Of a DNA stretch of 64,000 nucleotides, positions 60,335 to 64,000 are shown one piece after another; the stretch's first letter is position 1; each line of letters opens with the position of its first letter. The translations under genes and the position numbers were made by a program. Source of the stretch: Carcharhinus amblyrhynchos (lineage: Eukaryota). The stretch is from assembly GCA_965287045.1 (NCBI GenBank), contig OZ336878.1:42966001-43030000 (forward strand), written 5' to 3'. Below the pieces are notes generated by a model. The model ran no database searches. It was not told the origin of the DNA and was given only the letters and a program-made list of their open reading frames with translations.

Positions 60335-61696
60335 TGAACATATGAACATATGTATTAGAAGCAAGAGTAGGCCACTAGGCCCCTGGGGTCTTCTCCACCA
60401 TTCAGTACAATTATGGCTGATCTGATTGTAATCTCAACCTCACATTCCTGCCTATCTTGATAACATTTCACCCCCTTGCTAATCAAAAATCTATCTAGCT
60501 CTGCCTCAAAAATATTCAAAGATTCTGTTTCCACTGCCTTTTGAGAAAGAAAGTTCCAGAGATTCATGACCCTTTGAGAGAAAAGATTTCCCCTCACCTC
60601 CATCTCAAAAGAGACACCCTTTATTTTTATACAGTGACCCCTGTTCTAGAAGAGGAAACATCTTTTCCGCATCCACCTGTCAATACATCTCAGGATCTTA
60701 AAAGTTTCGAGTAAGTCACCTCTTACTCATTTAAACTTTGGTGGGTGCAAACATCAGCTCTCCAACCTTTTCTCATAAGACAACTCATCTGTTCCTTGTA
60801 TAAATTGTGTGAAACTTCTCTGAACTGGCACGGTGGCACAATGGTTAGCACTGCTGCCTCACAGCGCCAGGGACAAGAGTTGGATTCCTGGCTTGGTTCA
60901 CTGTCTGTGTGAAGTTTGCACATTCTCCCCGTGCCTGCGTGGGTTTCCTCTGGGTGCTCTGGTTTTCTCCCACAGTCCAAAAGATGTGTGGATTCAGTGG
61001 ACTGGCCCTACTAAATTGACCCTTGTGTTAAGGGGGCTTAGCAGTGTAAATGTGTGGGGTTACAGGAATAGGGCCTGGGTGGGATTGCAGTGGGTGCAGA
61101 CTCATTGAGGTGAATGGCCTCCTTCTGTACTGTAGGAATCCTATTCCATAAGTGCTTCTAATGCATTTACGGCTTTCCTTAAATAAGCATACCAATACTG
61201 CACACAATACTCCATATGTGATCTCACCTATGCCCTGTACAACTGAAGCATAACCTCCCTACTTTTGTAATCAATTCCCTTCATAATAAATTATAACATT
61301 CTATTTGTTTTCCAAATTACCTACTGTACTTGTATACTTTTGATTCATGCCCTAGGAAACCCAGATTCCTCTGCACCTCAGAACTCTGCAATCTCTCATC
61401 ATTTAAATATAAGTTTCTTTTTTATTCTTCCTGCCAAAATGGACAATTTCATGTTTACCTGCATTATATTCCATTTGCCAGATTTTTGTCCACTTACGTA
61501 ACCTATCTATAGTCTCCTTACATCCTCTTCACAATTTACTTACCTATCTATATTTTCCTTGTCAGTAAATTTAGCAACCATACCTTCAGTCCCTTCATCC
61601 AAGCCATTTATATAAATCGTAAAAGGTTGAGGCCCCAGTACCGATCCCTATGGTGTGCCACTTGTCAAAAAGTGCTAACCAGAGAAAGACCCATTT
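60335..61696 (-). mobile_element. CR1-type LINE 3' part, split by a SINE
   Basis: EVRGNLFSQRVMNLWNFLSQKAVETESLNIFEAELDRFL near the tail. The reverse complement near 61640 gives SGTP*GSVLGPQPF followed by KFTD (reverse transcriptase motifs). Confidence 0.88.
60827..61150 (+). mobile_element. HE1-like V-SINE inside the CR1
   Basis: ggcacggtggcacaatggttagcactgctgcctcacagcgccaggg...ccttctgtactgtagga. Confidence 0.92.
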
Positions 61697-62198
61697 ACGG
61701 TGACACTGTGGTTAGCACTGGTGCCTCACAGTGACAGAGGGTGGTGCGTATATGGAATGAGCTGCCAGAGGAGGTGGTAGAGGCAGGTACAATTATAACA
61801 TTGAAAAGACATTTGGATAGGTATATGGATAGCAATGATTTAGAGAGATATGGGCCAAAGGCAAATGGGACTAATTCAGTTTTGGAAACCTCATTGTCAT
61901 GGACGCGTTGGGCTGAAGGGCCTGTTTCTGTGCTGCAATCTCTATGGCTCTATGACCTGGGTTCTACTCCAGTCTTGGGTGACTGTGTGAAGTTTGTATG
62001 TTCTCCCCGTGTCCACATGTGTTTACTCTGGGTGCTACAGTTTCCAAAGATGTTAGATGGACTAGCCATGGTGAATGCATGGGGATATGGGGACAGGACA
62101 GTGGCTGTGCCTGGGGGTGGAATGCTCTTTTGGAGAGTTGGTGCAGACTTGATGGGCCAAACGGCTTCTTTCTGCACTGTTGTTCTATGATTCTATGA
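61697..62198 (+). mobile_element. HE1-like V-SINE with a CR1 3' fragment (about 61735-61956) inserted in its tRNA head
   Basis: acggtgacactgtggttagcactggtgcctcacagtga [RVVRIWNELPEEVVEAGTIITLKRHLDRYMD...ctctatggctctatgac] ctgggttctactccagtcttgggtgactgtg...ttctatgattctatga. Confidence 0.88.
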
Positions 62199-64000
62199 GA
62201 TTATTTTTTTAGAAATGTTTTGCCACCCTGAATCTTCTGTGGCCCAAGCATTTTCTCATGCCAAATTCCCCGGTTAACAGGGTCAAAAAAACATTGTGGT
62301 GTGAATGACCATAAGACTTCTGCATTTTAATGAGGTCCTTACCTGCCTAGGGCTAGGGTCTTTGAAGGTGCCCGAAAGACATCTGTGAAAATGGTGTGGG
62401 ACGCATTTACTGAAAGAGGGAGAGGAACAGCTTATTGCTGTGATTTTAACTGCTCCTCACCACTGCCCTGTGAGCCTCATTCAATTGGCTTTCAGGATTA
62501 TAATTGGGGCTAAAGTTTCTGCACTCTTCAGCTCAAAATCTCTGCATTTCCTCTATTTTCAGCTGTTCTTGGCCACAAAGCTGCCATAAAACCTCTCTGT
62601 AAAATACTCTTGTGCATTGCAAATGTAATGTCTGTAAATCCGGTACACCAACACCACTGGCCCTCATTTAAATAAGTGTTAATGAGCTCTATGGGGACTC
62701 AGCAGGCAGATTAGGGGAAGGCCAAAAACATGATCAGAACTCAGGCGCACGCACTGACTTTGGAGCTGACAACCTGCAGATTTCGCTTCTGCTGCAATTT
62801 TCAAGCCGGTACGTTGAATCCAATCCTCCCGGAAAAGGCAAAAAAAGGAAAGGTTATTTCAGTCCCTGATCTCATTTGTCACATACAAACCAGAGAGGTG
62901 CAAAAAGATGTGGAAAAGCTTAGAAGGTGTGGTTATGGTGTCTCCATCTGCAGCTGGGAGATCATCGCATTATTCCGCTTTATACAGCAGCTGAAGATTC
63001 AATTTGGGCAAAAAAAAATTGCTTTTCTGAATTATCAGGCTCCATGTACAGCAGCAGCCCTGTAGGACAGGTGGTGCTGTGCTTGCCTCCTCAACCATAT
63101 GGTTGCTGGTCTGAGCTTCAGTTCTGCCTGTCATTCAGATTTGTCTGTGACTGTTTGGCAACCAGTTCCCAGCCTGGCAGCTAGATGGAGCGCCACACTA
63201 TGCCATGTTGCTCCATCTGATGCTCAGGAAAAATAACTGATACAGTCAACTCACCTTGCTGCAAGTGCTCTTCCTCTTGGCTGAATTCAGAGCACCACAG
63301 AGAGCTACTGCAGAGTAATCCACACCCCAGACTGTCTTTTCCTGCATGGTGATAAGCAGCTCCCGTGGCAAGAGGGGAGGGGGAAAAAAAGGATTCAGGA
63401 TGAAAACTGAAGCCTAACTGAGGAGTATAAGAACCAGGATTATGATTCTTTAAAGAGCAATGAACTAAACTAATGTGAATCTGAATTCCATATAAAGTTA
63501 AATTCTTGCTGCTTTCCTGCCCTTCTATACCACACATGTACCAGTCTATAATTTGATACTGGCCAGTGCACTCTCTGATTCGAGAACACTGTTTCTGTAT
63601 TAATGCTGAGGACTGTTGAATTCAATTTGACTCAGTAAATTTGATCTGGATTTGCCTGCCGTGAAAATGGGTCATTCTATTGCCAAATCTCAGGCTTAGT
63701 TACATGCCTCAGTTCAGGCTATTTCTCCCACTTTCCCATTGTTCACTATAGATTTCGCCCCTCGTCGCAAGGTTAAGCCTCTCAGTGCCTGGCATAGCTA
63801 GACGGGGAGTGCAGGCTGCATGCTTCACACATTTGTAAATAAAATTGGCAATGAGATCTTCATATTTAAGCAGCCTTACGTCTGTTCCAGACAGGCAGAC
63901 AGGTTGCTCACTCACATTTACGGGTCCACTCAACTGTCAGAAGGCCTCTGAAAATCAATGGTGCAGAAAGATATCTTTCGCCCACCTCTGATGTTCAACA

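Noticed and set aside
28600-61740. tRNA-like A and B boxes as tRNA genes
   Set aside because: All are SINE heads followed by a V-domain; none forms a complete cloverleaf.
46841-62198. Recurring peptides such as CGRKPEHPEETHADTGRMCKLHTDS and VVSTAASQ
   Set aside because: Translations of V-SINE copies, not a gene family.
62200-63990. Possible large decayed DNA transposon with a Myb-like ORF fragment (62730-63065)
   Set aside because: Only one possible terminus near 63983 and no clear motif. It needs a repeat-library search.

Overview
Vertebrate genomic DNA, very probably an elasmobranch (shark), judged from HE1/V-SINE-type repeats, CR1-group LINEs and Penelope remnants. The only protein-coding gene I can support is the 5' end of NFIA (nuclear factor I A) on the minus strand. 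Coding exon 1 (MYSPLCLTQ) is at 14317-14343 and the 532-nt DNA-binding-domain exon 2 is at 7970-8501; intron 2 runs off the left edge. The window has three zones. From 1 to about 12.9 kb it is AT-rich intron with no recognisable transposons. From about 12.9 to 31.4 kb it is a repeat-poor domain that keeps its CpGs and contains the promoters. From about 31.5 to 64 kb it is CpG-depleted and repeat-dense, with nested SINE, LINE, Penelope, MITE and LTR remnants. Best leads: a uORF whose stop overlaps the NFIA start (TAATG) plus a start-stop element; candidate alternative or poison 5' exons; an intronic poly(A) signal that could give a DNA-binding-domain-only isoform; Penelope-borne minimal hammerhead ribozymes; a nuclear-receptor palindrome cluster; and a possible divergent spliced lncRNA. 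I see no wholly new multi-gene system. Repeat family names and human comparisons are from recall, not database searches, and repeat boundaries are approximate.
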